Of a DNA stretch of 64,000 nt, positions 32,401-41,217 are shown one piece after another. The notes beneath the pieces were generated by a model. It did not search any database. It was given only the letters and a program-made list of their open reading frames with translations, and was not told the DNA's origin. A program made the translations under genes and the position numbers. Position 1 is the first letter of the stretch, and each line of letters begins with the position of its first letter. This DNA comes from an uncultured Psychroserpens sp. (GTDB taxonomy: Bacteria; Bacteroidota; Bacteroidia; Flavobacteriales; Flavobacteriaceae): the NCBI GenBank assembly GCA_905479815.1, contig CAJQOA010000019.1:758-64757 (forward strand), given 5' to 3'.

Positions 32401-34662
32401 AGAAAATACATTACTTGATTGGTAGTTAATATTATCTAAACTGTATTCATAACCTGATGGTACATCTAAAACAGTAATACTACCTAATGTTGTACAAATA
32501 ATATCTGTCGCAATAACTGTTGGATTTAGTAAGTTTTGGTACACATTGAAATAAAACTGTACAAAACAACCACCAGAATAATTAATAGTTAATCGATATT
32601 GTCCTGAAGTATCTGCTAAAAAGTTTGGTCCAGTAGCGACTTCATTCCAAGTACAAGTGTCATCTTCATTTGCGCAATCAGAATCTGTAACGGCGTCACA
32701 ACTAGACTCATCTAATTTCTCCCATATAATAGAAGATGCACCAGATATATTGGTTTGAATATCTCTTGAATCATTAGCTCCACATAAAAATATATTTGGG
32801 AGTAATTTACCGTCATTTGGACATGTAACAATTTCATCAGCATAAGGAATTACAGGGTTTTCTATATCACCTCCAAAAAGCTGTACAACATATTCTTGCA
32901 CTATAGATTGACAAGGTGCAACCGCTGTATTAAAAGAGTAGTACGTACCTGTTTCTGTTACTGTAATAGTTTGAGTAGTTCCTATTACTGGAGTTCCTGT
33001 AGAACTAGTTGACCATGAATAAGAATCATAATCATTGGCAGCAGTGATATCTAAACTATTACCACAAAGAATAAGATTTTCTGTAAACTGACAATCAAGA
33101 TCTGCTAAAAAATTAGTGGCTTGAGGAGACAATAAACATCCTGTATTACTATTTAAACTTGGATCATCTGTAATTTGAAAAGATGGATTATAAAATCCAT
33201 TATATGTAGCATATGCTTGATTATTAATAATATTAGAACACGCATCTGCTAGTTGATTACATTCATCAACAACTTGTACTTCAATCCTAATTTCATAAAC
33301 GGGATCATTTTCTTCAACAAGAGAATTATCAATATTTAAAATAAGTTCACGTGTAGCAACATTATAACTCGCAACAGTAACTCCAGGAGGGAGTACTAAG
33401 TCTGTAGGATGATTATAAATAATATTTACTGGTAGTATATCTCTTATTTGAAAATTAGTAGCATTATCATTTCCGGTATTTTGAAAACCAATCACATAAT
33501 TTAATGAAGAACCAAGACCGACTGTTTGTCCGCCAATATCATTGCCTGCATCATCCTCAACGATTTTAGTAAGTACAATATTTGGCTCAATGATTTCAAC
33601 GGCAAAAGCAAAGAAATAAGGAAAATAAGTATCTCCACTTGTTTCTAATCGTATTGTTGCTGCAGTTGCATCATTAGCAATAACAGCATTACCAGGATTA
33701 GGAATTGCCATAACTCCAGTATCAAATCCTAAAGTGTTAGTACTATTTGGGACTCTTGTATTTACTGGTGTAGCGTCTAATTGTGTAACTGAACTATTAA
33801 AAAAGTTAGCAACTGGTCTATCTGCTGTAGATAAACTAATTCCATTTAATCGTAAACGATCTCCTAAAATTGGACTATCTCCTTCTAGTGTTGCAAATGC
33901 AAAATTTGCTCTTACAGGTGCTGGTCCAGGTACAGTTCTAAACCCGTCAACAGGAATATCTAATTGTGTATTACCACCAGCAACACTTATTGCGCTAAAA
34001 CCATCAAAACTTGTTATTGATTTACCAGGGAGTGTTGGATCTTCATATACTATAAAAAGAGACCAACCTGCAGATTGACCAGTACCATTGTAAGGATCAA
34101 AATTTGCAGTTTCACCAACTCCAGAAGATACATTTCCTACGGTGTATGTTCCTAAGTCATCACCAGAACCAAAACTTGTTACAATATCGGTTACATCTGC
34201 GAAACAAGCATATGAAAAACTATCACCTCCATCTACTGTTGCTCCATTGGCATCATAAATTATGGTTCCAGTAATATCGTTATAACCTCCACTAGGTCCT
34301 TTAAGTTTTACATTAGTGATTGACTCATTACCAGGATTTACTGCTCCCCAATATAAACCTGCATAAATAATTCTGTAGCAATTTGGGTTAGGGATATCTA
34401 AATCTGCACTTGATGAACTAAATGTTGAAGCATCACCATCAATATCAATATATTGCATATCGACATTATGATTATATACAGTATTATCATTGAAAGCATT
34501 GTTGTCTGGCCCTAAAATATTGTTCCCAATTAGAACGATGTCACCTTTTAAATCTTCATTAAATCGAGGTGCAAATGGCTCATAATTTTGAGCATAAGAT
34601 TGTAGGCCAATCAGTAGTAGTGAAACAATGATTATTAATCTCGAAAAAGTAGGTTTTTTCAT
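26446..34662 (-). CDS. sprB: SprB-like gliding motility adhesin, T9SS type-B CTD
   Basis: Signal peptide; many SprB repeats (C...G.I....GG..PY.Y; G.YT..V.DANGC); CTD PNWFTPDGDGNNDTW...FDRYG...GDYWY...GHFTLYR; synteny sprC-sprD-sprB-sprF. Confidence 0.85.
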   Translation of the reverse strand: MKKPTFSRLIIIVSLLLIGLQSYAQNYEPFAPRFNEDLKGDIVLIGNNILGPDNNAFNDNTVYNHNVDMQYIDIDGDASTFSSSSADLDIPNPNCYRIIYAGLYWGAVNPGNESITNVKLKGPSGGYNDITGTIIYDANGATVDGGDSFSYACFADVTDIVTSFGSGDDLGTYTVGNVSSGVGETANFDPYNGTGQSAGWSLFIVYEDPTLPGKSITSFDGFSAISVAGGNTQLDIPVDGFRTVPGPAPVRANFAFATLEGDSPILGDRLRLNGISLSTADRPVANFFNSSVTQLDATPVNTRVPNSTNTLGFDTGVMAIPNPGNAVIANDATAATIRLETSGDTYFPYFFAFAVEIIEPNIVLTKIVEDDAGNDIGGQTVGLGSSLNYVIGFQNTGNDNATNFQIRDILPVNIIYNHPTDLVLPPGVTVASYNVATRELILNIDNSLVEENDPVYEIRIEVQVVDECNQLADACSNIINNQAYATYNGFYNPSFQITDDPSLNSNTGCLLSPQATNFLADLDCQFTENLILCGNSLDITAANDYDSYSWSTSSTGTPVIGTTQTITVTETGTYYSFNTAVAPCQSIVQEYVVQLFGGDIENPVIPYADEIVTCPNDGKLLPNIFLCGANDSRDIQTNISGASSIIWEKLDESSCDAVTDSDCANEDDTCTWNEVATGPNFLADTSGQYRLTINYSGGCFVQFYFNVYQNLLNPTVIATDIICTTLGSITVLDVPSGYEYSLDNINYQSSNVFSIATAGTYTVYVRQIGVPTNPCVFSVQEIQIRDRDFTVSTTILQPLCHGDKGSIQLAANDVDPQYSYTLSEGGTLVNSVGPILENTYIFENLNPGTYTATVETENGCFYSEDFTIVEPPLLTVTAAITIPLTCDEGEITAYPVGGTPPYFYFVNGSADFQTVPEIVVTTAGVYDILVVDSNNCSAETTITVEAIDQPEFTIDTTDIACGGSGDTGTITINVTATNGNTLEFSIDGGVTFSNSPVFTGLIADDYDVVVSYSIGASDCDTVAQTVSIIEANAISGTAELSAPFTCTSNGTITVTSVTGGDVPYSYSIDGVNFQTSNEFTGLTAGTYTITIQDANDCTVITNAITIEALNPPTDLEFNNTQVTCPSNTATVTITNTVGGTGILEYQIIAPTASATPYQTSTSFAGLEPGTYTFQVRDENDCIYNESITIDPIPTPTVNVVLTSGLDCTATPDATVTGDITGTAPFTYAVSINAGGYTNLGTTGTPFTYATATAGTYQFQITDANGCIAESSIITVNPITPPALSLVVESQPILCNGDDNGAIDITIDTTVGTPPFVINVNNDTTTTDYGTQTSGLPAGTYTVTITDANLCTASEIVTINQPDPIVIDIDTVDITCTTGGISQGSVIINSVTGGTAPYNYFVTGTNGYSNSELNNTGTTSTSFDVVDFGLYEINVVDANGCSVLTQDVLVASPPTDLDINIIATIDCLLGGEAVVSVGSTLPSAGPFFFAIYEGPTTVYPVGNWIPEDMPGSQSATFTGLTAGVTYTFIIYDASTLCSYYEPATAPIPTNSTLSLSAVSSNNITCTGSDDGNVSFTINSIYGSNVNVDYEIFDALSNQPTGITGSGTVPANGNLTVTGLGPLPFGNYFVSINETSGPNSGCGVVTAPFNITESAFLLELQTSVDQNANCNANSGVISAIAQNGTSPYQYQMTTTATSPLDTDPNWASASTFNRDAGDYYVHVIDAYGCIVTSPVVVLPMDAQPNISAVINDVCTANEGEFEINVTLDAVGIAPYSFSIDGGTFQTQSIPFTISNLFSGTHTIEIKDANGCGNLVTVDILAPLEITPTITAAATCNDDDGEITVTGSGGSGTFTYAISPNPASISETGGVFTGVPSGIYTVTITDTNTLCTEDVTVSLQEAVSPTFTTDSTSVTCFGDNTGAFEINVNGYSGAYDYEVFDTGGTSVFGVVNANTSTNPITVSGMTAGSFTVVITETESPFCNATANVVISSPSEALTLDASETSNVSCDDSQGTITAIADGGWGDYQYELTGAATVAFSSNGTFTDLSAGSYTVNVMDAEGCVVSVDVTLIAPTPIDATFTPSTSILSCFGDQNASITVTNVTGGQGVDYVYTLNTISPTTSTSGPQTSNIFTDLGAGTYTVIVNDTNECFLTSSNIIITEPTPIIASLVVTTTQTCDVESTITLTASGGTGTYQYSNDSSFATVLGSFTTSTTFSVPVGTYQYYVRDANGCIANVSNEITIDPLLPLTINLMSMNPTISCSGDNTGTIVADAQGGLGNYIYTLEDNLGNVITATQNTPGVFTELVAGTYIVTIESGDCDTASAPITITEPTAPLTIDFTVNDVTCSGNNDGVLTINATGGTGIIKYAISPQLDQFFETNIFENLAPDTYTVIVQDELGCYEIFEFTINNPTQVILSIVPDSLFEETCEGEGNAEFSIDISGGTLPYSVSLDDYDGPYTTGSATQTEFDFTDLGGGDHIVFVRDSQGCETEWNITFPPSVSFDPIVEIEYACVNNASVNTVTVIVDAESVDLSELDYALNGGDYQTSNVFTNVVPGTDHFIDVRHTNGCIKTTELFSIDEFEPLSLILQEGDEPGEVIAITTGGTGDYEYSLNGEDYGDTNVYIITEEGTYTVIVTDSSGCQATATIEIEILGPCIPNWFTPDGDGNNDTWAPGCVEDYPNLTFDVFDRYGRKVGTYNVGQFWDGRYNGTELPTGDYWYVVKLNSPLIEKDYVGHFTLYR

Positions 34663-34680
34663 GGTGTTAAATTTTTATTT

Positions 34681-34719
34681 TATTCCGAAGTCAACATGGG
34701 CAACGTTAACTAAGGAATA
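34681..34719 (-). other. Intercistronic stem-loop between sprD and sprB
   Basis: Minus strand TATTCC-tt-AGTTAACG-ttgccca-TGTTGACT-tc-GGAATA; no U-tail. Confidence 0.5.
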
Positions 34720-34734
34720 GGGCCTTATTATATA

Positions 34735-37254
34735 TTAATTCTCTATTTTCACAAGAGATAGTTTTTTATTGTATGGTCGATTACCTTTTGCTTCTAATGC
34801 TCTATTCGCTTCTTCTATACTATTAAACTTATCATAATAGATATAGTATTTACTTGTATTTACATCATAAAAGAAATCAACATTTGAGCGTCCTGAAGCA
34901 ACTGTTTTAATTACAAAATCATTTCTTTTGCTTACTTCTGTATGAACTGCGAGGACTAAGTAATATCCATTATCTACATTTTGAACATTCTTTAAAATTT
35001 GAATGTTATTATTTTGTTTTTCTCCAAAATCAAAATCATCAGATGTTATTGGCGTACTGGTTAAAGTTGTTGTTTGCTTTATGTTTTGTAACGTTGCTCT
35101 ATCTTGAGAATAACGCTCTTCTTCATTATCAAAAGCAGCTTTCTTAATACGACGTCTTCTTTCAAACTCAGTAGCAACTTTAATATCTGCCAATCTAGTT
35201 TCTAATTTCAATCTTGCTTGTGTTGCTTTTAATTGCTCAGACTCTAATCGCTTTATTGCTTTTTGATAATAGAGATAGACTTCGTCATTAGTAATAGTGT
35301 CTGATTCAAACTTGTCATTAGATAATGCTTTTAATTCTTTAATTTTTTCATTCCTATTTTTGATTACATCATCTAACTGTGATTTTATAACCGCTATTTT
35401 ATTATTCTCTTCTGTTATACTTTTAAATGGTTTTGGTCCCACAGTAATTCCTTGTTCACTTAAATCATTTTCTTCTTTTAAATCTTTAAGGTCTTTATCT
35501 TTTACGCTTATAATAGCATCAAAATCTTCTAGCAATTTAGATTGAGTTGTTTTAGAATCATCTGTTTGCTTAGAAATTTCATACATAGATTTTCCAAGTT
35601 CATCTTGTGCATTTGTAATACGTTCATTTGTTGCGTTCTCTTCTGCAGCCAGTTTAGCTTGTGCATCAGCTTGTTCTTTAGCTTGCGCATCAGCCTGTTC
35701 TTTCGCTTTCTGTTCTGCTACTAGTTTAGCTTGCGCATCAGCTTGTGCTTTCGCGTTCTGTTCTGCTACTAGTTTAGCTTGCGCATCAGCTTGTTCTTTA
35801 GCGTTCTGTTCTGCTACTAGTTTAGCTTGCGCATCAGCTTGTGCTTTCGCGTTCTGTTCTGCTACTAGTTTAGCTTGCGCATCAGCTTGTGCTTTAGCGT
35901 TCTGTTCTGCTACTAGTTTAGCTTGCGCATCAGCTTGTGCTTTAGCTTTTTGTTCTGCTACTAGTTTAGCTTGCGCATCAGCTTGTGCTTTAGCTTTTTG
36001 TTCTGCAACTAATTTAGCTTGCGCATCAGCTTGTTCCTTAGCGTTCTGTTCTGCTACTAGTTTAGCTTGCGCATCAGCTTGTGCTTTAGCTTTTTGTTCT
36101 GCTACTAGTTTTGCTTGCGCATCAGCTTGTTTCTTAGCTTTCTGTTCTGCTACTAGTTTAGCTTGAGCATCAGCTTTAACTTTTTCTTCAGCAGCTAACT
36201 TTGCAGCTGTATCTGTTTCCGTAGTATTGTTTATAATAGTTTCCTTTTTAGGTGTAGAAACTTTAGCAATCTTAGGTTTTTTCTTATCGTCAGAAATTAG
36301 CAATCCGCCAACTTCGTCACCACTACTATAATCATATCTATCATTGTTCTTAAATCTGTAGGCCAATGTGAAGTCATGAGAATTACCAAAAGTTGATAAG
36401 TCACCAATAGCTTTTTCATAATTATATTCTAAAGCAATTTGTGATGTAATATTAATTCCTATTCCACCAGACACACCAAAACGGGTGTTATAACCAACTT
36501 GTGCCCAAATACCTTTAGGAACAGTTAGCATTGCCATTGCAGAAATAATAGCCTCTTCTTTTTGAAACTCAGACCTTAATAGACCTGTAAACTTGCTTTC
36601 TTCAAAAAAACCTCGATTTGACATCATATAACCTGTGTACATGACATGTGCTTGAATACTTTGTTGAGGATTATCTTCAATAAGCATAGAAGATTCAAAA
36701 TTGTATAACGCTAAATTATTGATAGATACACCAAAATCTAAAAACCCCATACCATAATTAACCCCAGGATTAACCGTTAGTAAAAAGTTTTCAGGGACGT
36801 TTTGTAATGAAGGATCATCAAAATTAGTAATTACATTACCAGTGTTAATACCACTTTTATAAGCACCTATATTAAGACCAAATGTTAAATTGCTATCTTT
36901 TTGTAGCTGTACGTTATAAGCGAAATTTAATGTTCCACCAAAGGTTGTTAAAACACCGTAATCTTGTTGAAAAAATCCAATTCCTGCTCCAATGTTTTCA
37001 CCAAATCTACCAGAGTAACTTGCTAAATAGGTGAGTGGTGCGTTTTCAAAATCTACCCATTCTCTTTTGTTAAAAATACTAATGTACTTTGTTTGCTCTC
37101 TAACAAAACTGAATGTTGGATTAATAGCAAAACGATTAAAAGTTAATGAGTTTCTTACAGGTAGGCTCAACGAAACCACTCCATCATCTTCTTGAGAATA
37201 GATCATCTGTATAGAACAGATACATAATACTAAAACAAAAAGACGTGTTTTCAT
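34735..37254 (-). CDS. sprD: SprD: PorP/SprF-like barrel plus alanine-rich repeat stalk and SPOR-like C-terminus
   Basis: N-terminal INPTFSFVRE..REW...AP barrel; repeat coiled coil; C-terminal GYYLVLAVH...YYIYYDKF; lies between sprC and sprB. Confidence 0.8.
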   Translation of the reverse strand: MKTRLFVLVLCICSIQMIYSQEDDGVVSLSLPVRNSLTFNRFAINPTFSFVREQTKYISIFNKREWVDFENAPLTYLASYSGRFGENIGAGIGFFQQDYGVLTTFGGTLNFAYNVQLQKDSNLTFGLNIGAYKSGINTGNVITNFDDPSLQNVPENFLLTVNPGVNYGMGFLDFGVSINNLALYNFESSMLIEDNPQQSIQAHVMYTGYMMSNRGFFEESKFTGLLRSEFQKEEAIISAMAMLTVPKGIWAQVGYNTRFGVSGGIGINITSQIALEYNYEKAIGDLSTFGNSHDFTLAYRFKNNDRYDYSSGDEVGGLLISDDKKKPKIAKVSTPKKETIINNTTETDTAAKLAAEEKVKADAQAKLVAEQKAKKQADAQAKLVAEQKAKAQADAQAKLVAEQNAKEQADAQAKLVAEQKAKAQADAQAKLVAEQKAKAQADAQAKLVAEQNAKAQADAQAKLVAEQNAKAQADAQAKLVAEQNAKEQADAQAKLVAEQNAKAQADAQAKLVAEQKAKEQADAQAKEQADAQAKLAAEENATNERITNAQDELGKSMYEISKQTDDSKTTQSKLLEDFDAIISVKDKDLKDLKEENDLSEQGITVGPKPFKSITEENNKIAVIKSQLDDVIKNRNEKIKELKALSNDKFESDTITNDEVYLYYQKAIKRLESEQLKATQARLKLETRLADIKVATEFERRRRIKKAAFDNEEERYSQDRATLQNIKQTTTLTSTPITSDDFDFGEKQNNNIQILKNVQNVDNGYYLVLAVHTEVSKRNDFVIKTVASGRSNVDFFYDVNTSKYYIYYDKFNSIEEANRALEAKGNRPYNKKLSLVKIEN
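35640..36175 (-). repeat. 48-bp tandem repeat (10 full units plus partials) encoding ADAQAKLVAEQ(K/N)AK(A/E/K)Q
   Basis: Near-identical DNA units ...TGTTCTGCTACTAGTTTAGCTTGCGCATCAGCTTG... Confidence 0.95.
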
Positions 37255-37255
37255 A

Positions 37256-38722
37256 TTATTTGATTACTGTTATTGAACCCTTCTTGGTATCGTTATCACT
37301 CGTTGTTATCACGTAATAAAATACTTGATTAACACTATTTAAATTTAAATCATTCTCTGGCCAATTGTTGCCATAATTATCGGTTTGTACAACGATTTTA
37401 CCAGTATTTGTCATGATCATGACGTTTGTGTTTGTTCCGCTTGTATACTCAAGTGGAATCATCCAAGTATCATTAACACCATCACCATTTGGGCTAATTA
37501 TATTTGGTATTTTTTCTACATCTGGAAACGGGTCAAAAGCTTCTTGTAATTCAAACACAAACTCTCTTGAGCCAATACAGCCAGACGTTTCTGTTACTAT
37601 AATTTTATAGGTTCCATATTGTGTTGCTTCGTAATTATCTTCAGAAACATTAGCAATTAGTACCCCATTTAAATACCATTCAAACTCTGGACTATTTGCG
37701 TTAGTTGTTACTTCTACTGAAAGTGTTTCACCTTCTTCAATAGTGTTCATGTCAGAAACATTAATTGACCCATCAAATAATTCACTTAGAAGTTCAATTT
37801 CACCAGAAGCCATACAGTCTATTAAATCTACTTGAACTGCGTAAGTTCCAGATTCATTAGTTTGATACATTTGTGTGGTTGCCTCAGGAATGATATTTCC
37901 ATCCTTAAACCATTGGTATGTATTACCGTTAATCGTAGTTAATGTTGTCGATCCATTAGCAGGACAAAATGGATTGCCTAAACTAGAAGAAATACCAGCA
38001 TCTGCATTACCAGTTGAAACATCACTAATCGCTACACGATTTGAAAAAGAATCTGATGTACATGTACCATAATTAGTTTCTACAAAATAAGTACCTGGGT
38101 CGCTAACTGTTAATGTAGATCCATCTGCAACAAAAACAGAAGTTGTTGGTCCAGTCTCTTTATACCATTTGAAAGTAAGAGAAGGGTAGTTGAGTGGAGA
38201 ATCATTAGATCCTGTTCCAGGATTATCAATAGTTAGTAAATAACTACCTCCAGAACAGTATACACCAGTTGACACTAAATTGTTAATTGTAAAAGGTGAA
38301 TCTTGAATTTTATAATATGCTGCGAATGTTGAAGAACCTGAGCTAGTTGCTACTGGAGCACTACTCTTAATTCTAATTCTATAGCCTTCACCAGCTGTTG
38401 TTGTTGGTAATGAAAAGTCTAAAGTTGCTGGTGATGTTGTCACTTCACCAGGATTTGAAGTAAATATAACTGTTGCGCTTGTAAAATCGCCATCAGCATC
38501 TGAAAGTTCTATTGAGAATTGGTTTGAAGCGTTTAAACCATTTTCTGGAGAAAAAACAAAAGTAGTATTATAGGTGTTAAATGTATCACTCGCGCATGCT
38601 TGACTAAATCCTAAATTGGGTGCACCAATAACGATTTGGGCGTTTAATTTTTCTGCAGAAAAAAGCAGGAAAACACAAAGTCCGATAACGGTTTTATAAG
38701 CAAGTGAAGTAGCGTTGTACAT
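37256..38722 (-). CDS. sprC: Gliding motility protein SprC (type-B CTD)
   Basis: FSQACAS..FN, Ig-like repeats, CTD IPNIISPNGDGVNDTW...KGSITVIK; synteny. Confidence 0.82.
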   Translation of the reverse strand: MYNATSLAYKTVIGLCVFLLFSAEKLNAQIVIGAPNLGFSQACASDTFNTYNTTFVFSPENGLNASNQFSIELSDADGDFTSATVIFTSNPGEVTTSPATLDFSLPTTTAGEGYRIRIKSSAPVATSSGSSTFAAYYKIQDSPFTINNLVSTGVYCSGGSYLLTIDNPGTGSNDSPLNYPSLTFKWYKETGPTTSVFVADGSTLTVSDPGTYFVETNYGTCTSDSFSNRVAISDVSTGNADAGISSSLGNPFCPANGSTTLTTINGNTYQWFKDGNIIPEATTQMYQTNESGTYAVQVDLIDCMASGEIELLSELFDGSINVSDMNTIEEGETLSVEVTTNANSPEFEWYLNGVLIANVSEDNYEATQYGTYKIIVTETSGCIGSREFVFELQEAFDPFPDVEKIPNIISPNGDGVNDTWMIPLEYTSGTNTNVMIMTNTGKIVVQTDNYGNNWPENDLNLNSVNQVFYYVITTSDNDTKKGSITVIK

Positions 38723-38775
38723 TAGGTTTGGGGCGTAATTTTTATCCTATAAGCTGTTTTGTTATTTAGTTTTTA

Positions 38776-40095
38776 TTAATCGTCGTCTTCGTCATCAATC
38801 AAATCATTAGAAGCAATAATTCTATTGATTCTTAATCTGAAATCTGGGCGTGATTTGTTATTTGCATCGATAAACGTTTCTGAGTCTGGACCATTTGAAT
38901 ATACATTATCAAAAGCTCTACTACCATACCAATTTTCTAAGTCTGCATTATTTGAAAAACCATTTCTAAAAATGTTTCCTTTGCAGTTATTAAAGTAGGT
39001 TCTAGCAAATTTTAACTTGCTTAAGTTTTCTTGGTTAATCTCAATTTTATCATCAAGAATAACTGCTGGATTAAATCCAGAGATCACACTAGTGTCTAAT
39101 GAAAATGAAGAGTCAGCTCCAATATATATAGCTTCGTTTACCAGGCCTAACTTGATGTCGTGATTTAAATCAGAACTCAAGTTTATAAGCGTTAAATTTG
39201 CTGCTGCAACAAACGTTTGTTCTTTATTAAAATCGGTTTCGTCTTTTACATCATAATCTGACACATAGATACATCTTGATACATCTGAACCAGATACGTA
39301 TGGTGATCTTACTGCTAAAGAGTTTGCGATCCAAACTTGTGAACCATTGTTAAACTTATAATCATTACCAGACGATTTATAAGATACCATTTGATCTAAA
39401 ATGAGTTTTCCACCCATAATATTAAATGAATCTCCTTCACAATAGCTTACCATAATATTTTCAACGATAGTTTGTTGTCCAACACCTGCAAGCGTTAATG
39501 CATTAAAATATCCGTAATTTTTTGTGCGTTTTCCAGCGAATTCAATTCTTATGTATTTTAAAATACCAGAGTTACTATCTGGATTATTACCACCATAACT
39601 CAAAGTTTTAGAAACCGATGATTTCAAACCGTAATTTAAGGCAGCTTCACTACCAAAAGAGTTAGTAGGTGCATTACCAAGAACAAATAATCCTCCCCAA
39701 TCACCTGGTTTTTTCATACTTCTACTTGAAGTAAAAATAATAGGATCTGTAGAAGTACCTTCAGCAATAATCTTAGAACCATTACTAATTGTAAGTGATC
39801 CTTTAGTTTTAAAGTCCCCAATAATTACAGTACCAGGTTCAATAGTAAGTGTAGCACTATCTGTAACAAAAACATCACCTAATAAAAGATAAACATCTCT
39901 CTTCAGTAATTTTGTGTTTTTGGTGATATTACCACTTAAAATTTGAGTTGGCTTACCATAATCAATATTGTTAGGTTTGAATTCAGTCCAAGGGTTTAGC
40001 CAATTGTTATATCCTCTAATTCCTTTTTCTTGCTGAGCAAACATATTGCCACACATTATAAATGCGATACATGCAATGAGGGTTGTTTTTTTCAT
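38776..40095 (-). CDS. Secreted beta-helix protein upstream of sprC
   Basis: LTIEPGTVI, AEGT..PIIFTS, GDWGG, SG.LKY.RIEFAG. Confidence 0.8.
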   Translation of the reverse strand: MKKTTLIACIAFIMCGNMFAQQEKGIRGYNNWLNPWTEFKPNNIDYGKPTQILSGNITKNTKLLKRDVYLLLGDVFVTDSATLTIEPGTVIIGDFKTKGSLTISNGSKIIAEGTSTDPIIFTSSRSMKKPGDWGGLFVLGNAPTNSFGSEAALNYGLKSSVSKTLSYGGNNPDSNSGILKYIRIEFAGKRTKNYGYFNALTLAGVGQQTIVENIMVSYCEGDSFNIMGGKLILDQMVSYKSSGNDYKFNNGSQVWIANSLAVRSPYVSGSDVSRCIYVSDYDVKDETDFNKEQTFVAAANLTLINLSSDLNHDIKLGLVNEAIYIGADSSFSLDTSVISGFNPAVILDDKIEINQENLSKLKFARTYFNNCKGNIFRNGFSNNADLENWYGSRAFDNVYSNGPDSETFIDANNKSRPDFRLRINRIIASNDLIDDEDDD

Positions 40096-40157
40096 AATCA
40101 GGTTATTCGTTTATTTAGATAAGGGTACTAATTTATATAATCAAAAATAGCGTTAAT

Positions 40158-40190
40158 ACTTATGAAATGCAAATAATATCGACGAAATAC
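40158..40190 (-). promoter_or_regulatory. 20-bp-phased repeat pair upstream of spr operon promoter
   Basis: ACTTATGAAATGC (40158) and ATCGACGAAATAC (40178); minus-strand TATTTTTG at 40142-40149. Confidence 0.5.
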
Positions 40191-40309
40191 AACATTATAT
40201 ATGTTTTTAAAGATAATTCTTACAAAATTATTGTATTTTTTATCAAATCAACAAACTAATGATAAGATGCGCGTAATCAAATGGTTATATAAAAATCACT
40301 ACCAGGTAT

Positions 40310-40342
40310 AAAAAATGCCTCAATAATATCTAATGAGGCATT
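40310..40342 (-). terminator. Rho-independent terminator
   Basis: Minus strand AATGCCTCA...TGAGGCATTTTTT after gene ending at 40368. Confidence 0.75.
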
Positions 40343-40367
40343 AACTATTTGTTGTTAAGCTACTTTG

Positions 40368-40820
40368 TTAGTCGGTTTTAAAATCATTGTAAGTATGCAA
40401 CGATTTTAATGTTTCTTCATAAAATAATATCGCAGCAATTAAATCTCGAGTATCTGAATAGGGTAAGATTTTCTTTTGAAATTCTATAGTACTATCAAAA
40501 TACTCAACAGATGCTTCTCTATTAACTTCTAAAGCTTTCTTATTTTCTTTTGTTTCAGGAATTCCTAAAGAACCCATTGTTACACCAGGTTTAGTGGCAA
40601 ATGCAATATTTGGTAAAATATTTACAATAACTTGGATACGCTCACTATATAGTTTTAGTAATTCTCCTTTTGACATTTTATCAAGTTGATCAAAATTGTG
40701 ATATTTAGAAATATTCACTTTTCCATCAATAATGGTAATTTCTTTATTCTTCTTTTGAGCGAAAGTTAGACTTACCATTAGAAAGAAAATGGCAATACAT
40801 AATGTAGATTTTGTTTTCAT
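40368..40820 (-). CDS. Small secreted protein, possibly RemF/RemG-like motility accessory
   Basis: Signal peptide; KYH...L..M.KGELL.LY.ER, LPYSD...LI.AILFYE; family suggested only by position upstream of the spr operon. Confidence 0.6.
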   Translation of the reverse strand: MKTKSTLCIAIFFLMVSLTFAQKKNKEITIIDGKVNISKYHNFDQLDKMSKGELLKLYSERIQVIVNILPNIAFATKPGVTMGSLGIPETKENKKALEVNREASVEYFDSTIEFQKKILPYSDTRDLIAAILFYEETLKSLHTYNDFKTD

Positions 40821-40910
40821 TTTTAAGTTTTTTATGGATCTAGGTGGGACAAATCTATACAATTTATTAAAAAAAACAACTTAATTTCATGTTTTTTTAC
40901 AATTTATTTT

Positions 40911-40983
40911 ATCTATGAAATACAAATTTCATGGATTAAAGGCTTATTTAGTGGATTAAACGCATTTTTATTCGACGAAATAC
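40911..40983 (-). promoter_or_regulatory. Four 20-bp-phased repeats
   Basis: ATCTATGAAA 40911, ATGGATTAAA 40931, GTGGATTAAA 40951, TTCGACGAAA 40971; minus-strand TAGATTTG at 40850-40857. Confidence 0.55.
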
Positions 40984-41217
40984 TTCTTCTATTTTTGTCT
41001 ATTTTTTTTATGAAAATATTGTTTTTAATATTTTTTTTGAGCCTATTCAATTTAATTTCAAGTAAAAAATGCTTTGATTTAATATAAAAAACAGTGTCAT
41101 TTCATCGTCAAATTTTACACCAAGTGTCCTTTTATCGCATTAAATAGTGCATTGATATGATTTTTAATGGTTTATGATATAATTCGTTCATTTTTGATTG
41201 AATTTATACTTAACCTC

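Noticed and set aside
35640-36175. Regular repeats resembling a CRISPR array
   Set aside because: Units are contiguous with no unique spacers, are in frame within sprD, and have no cas genes nearby
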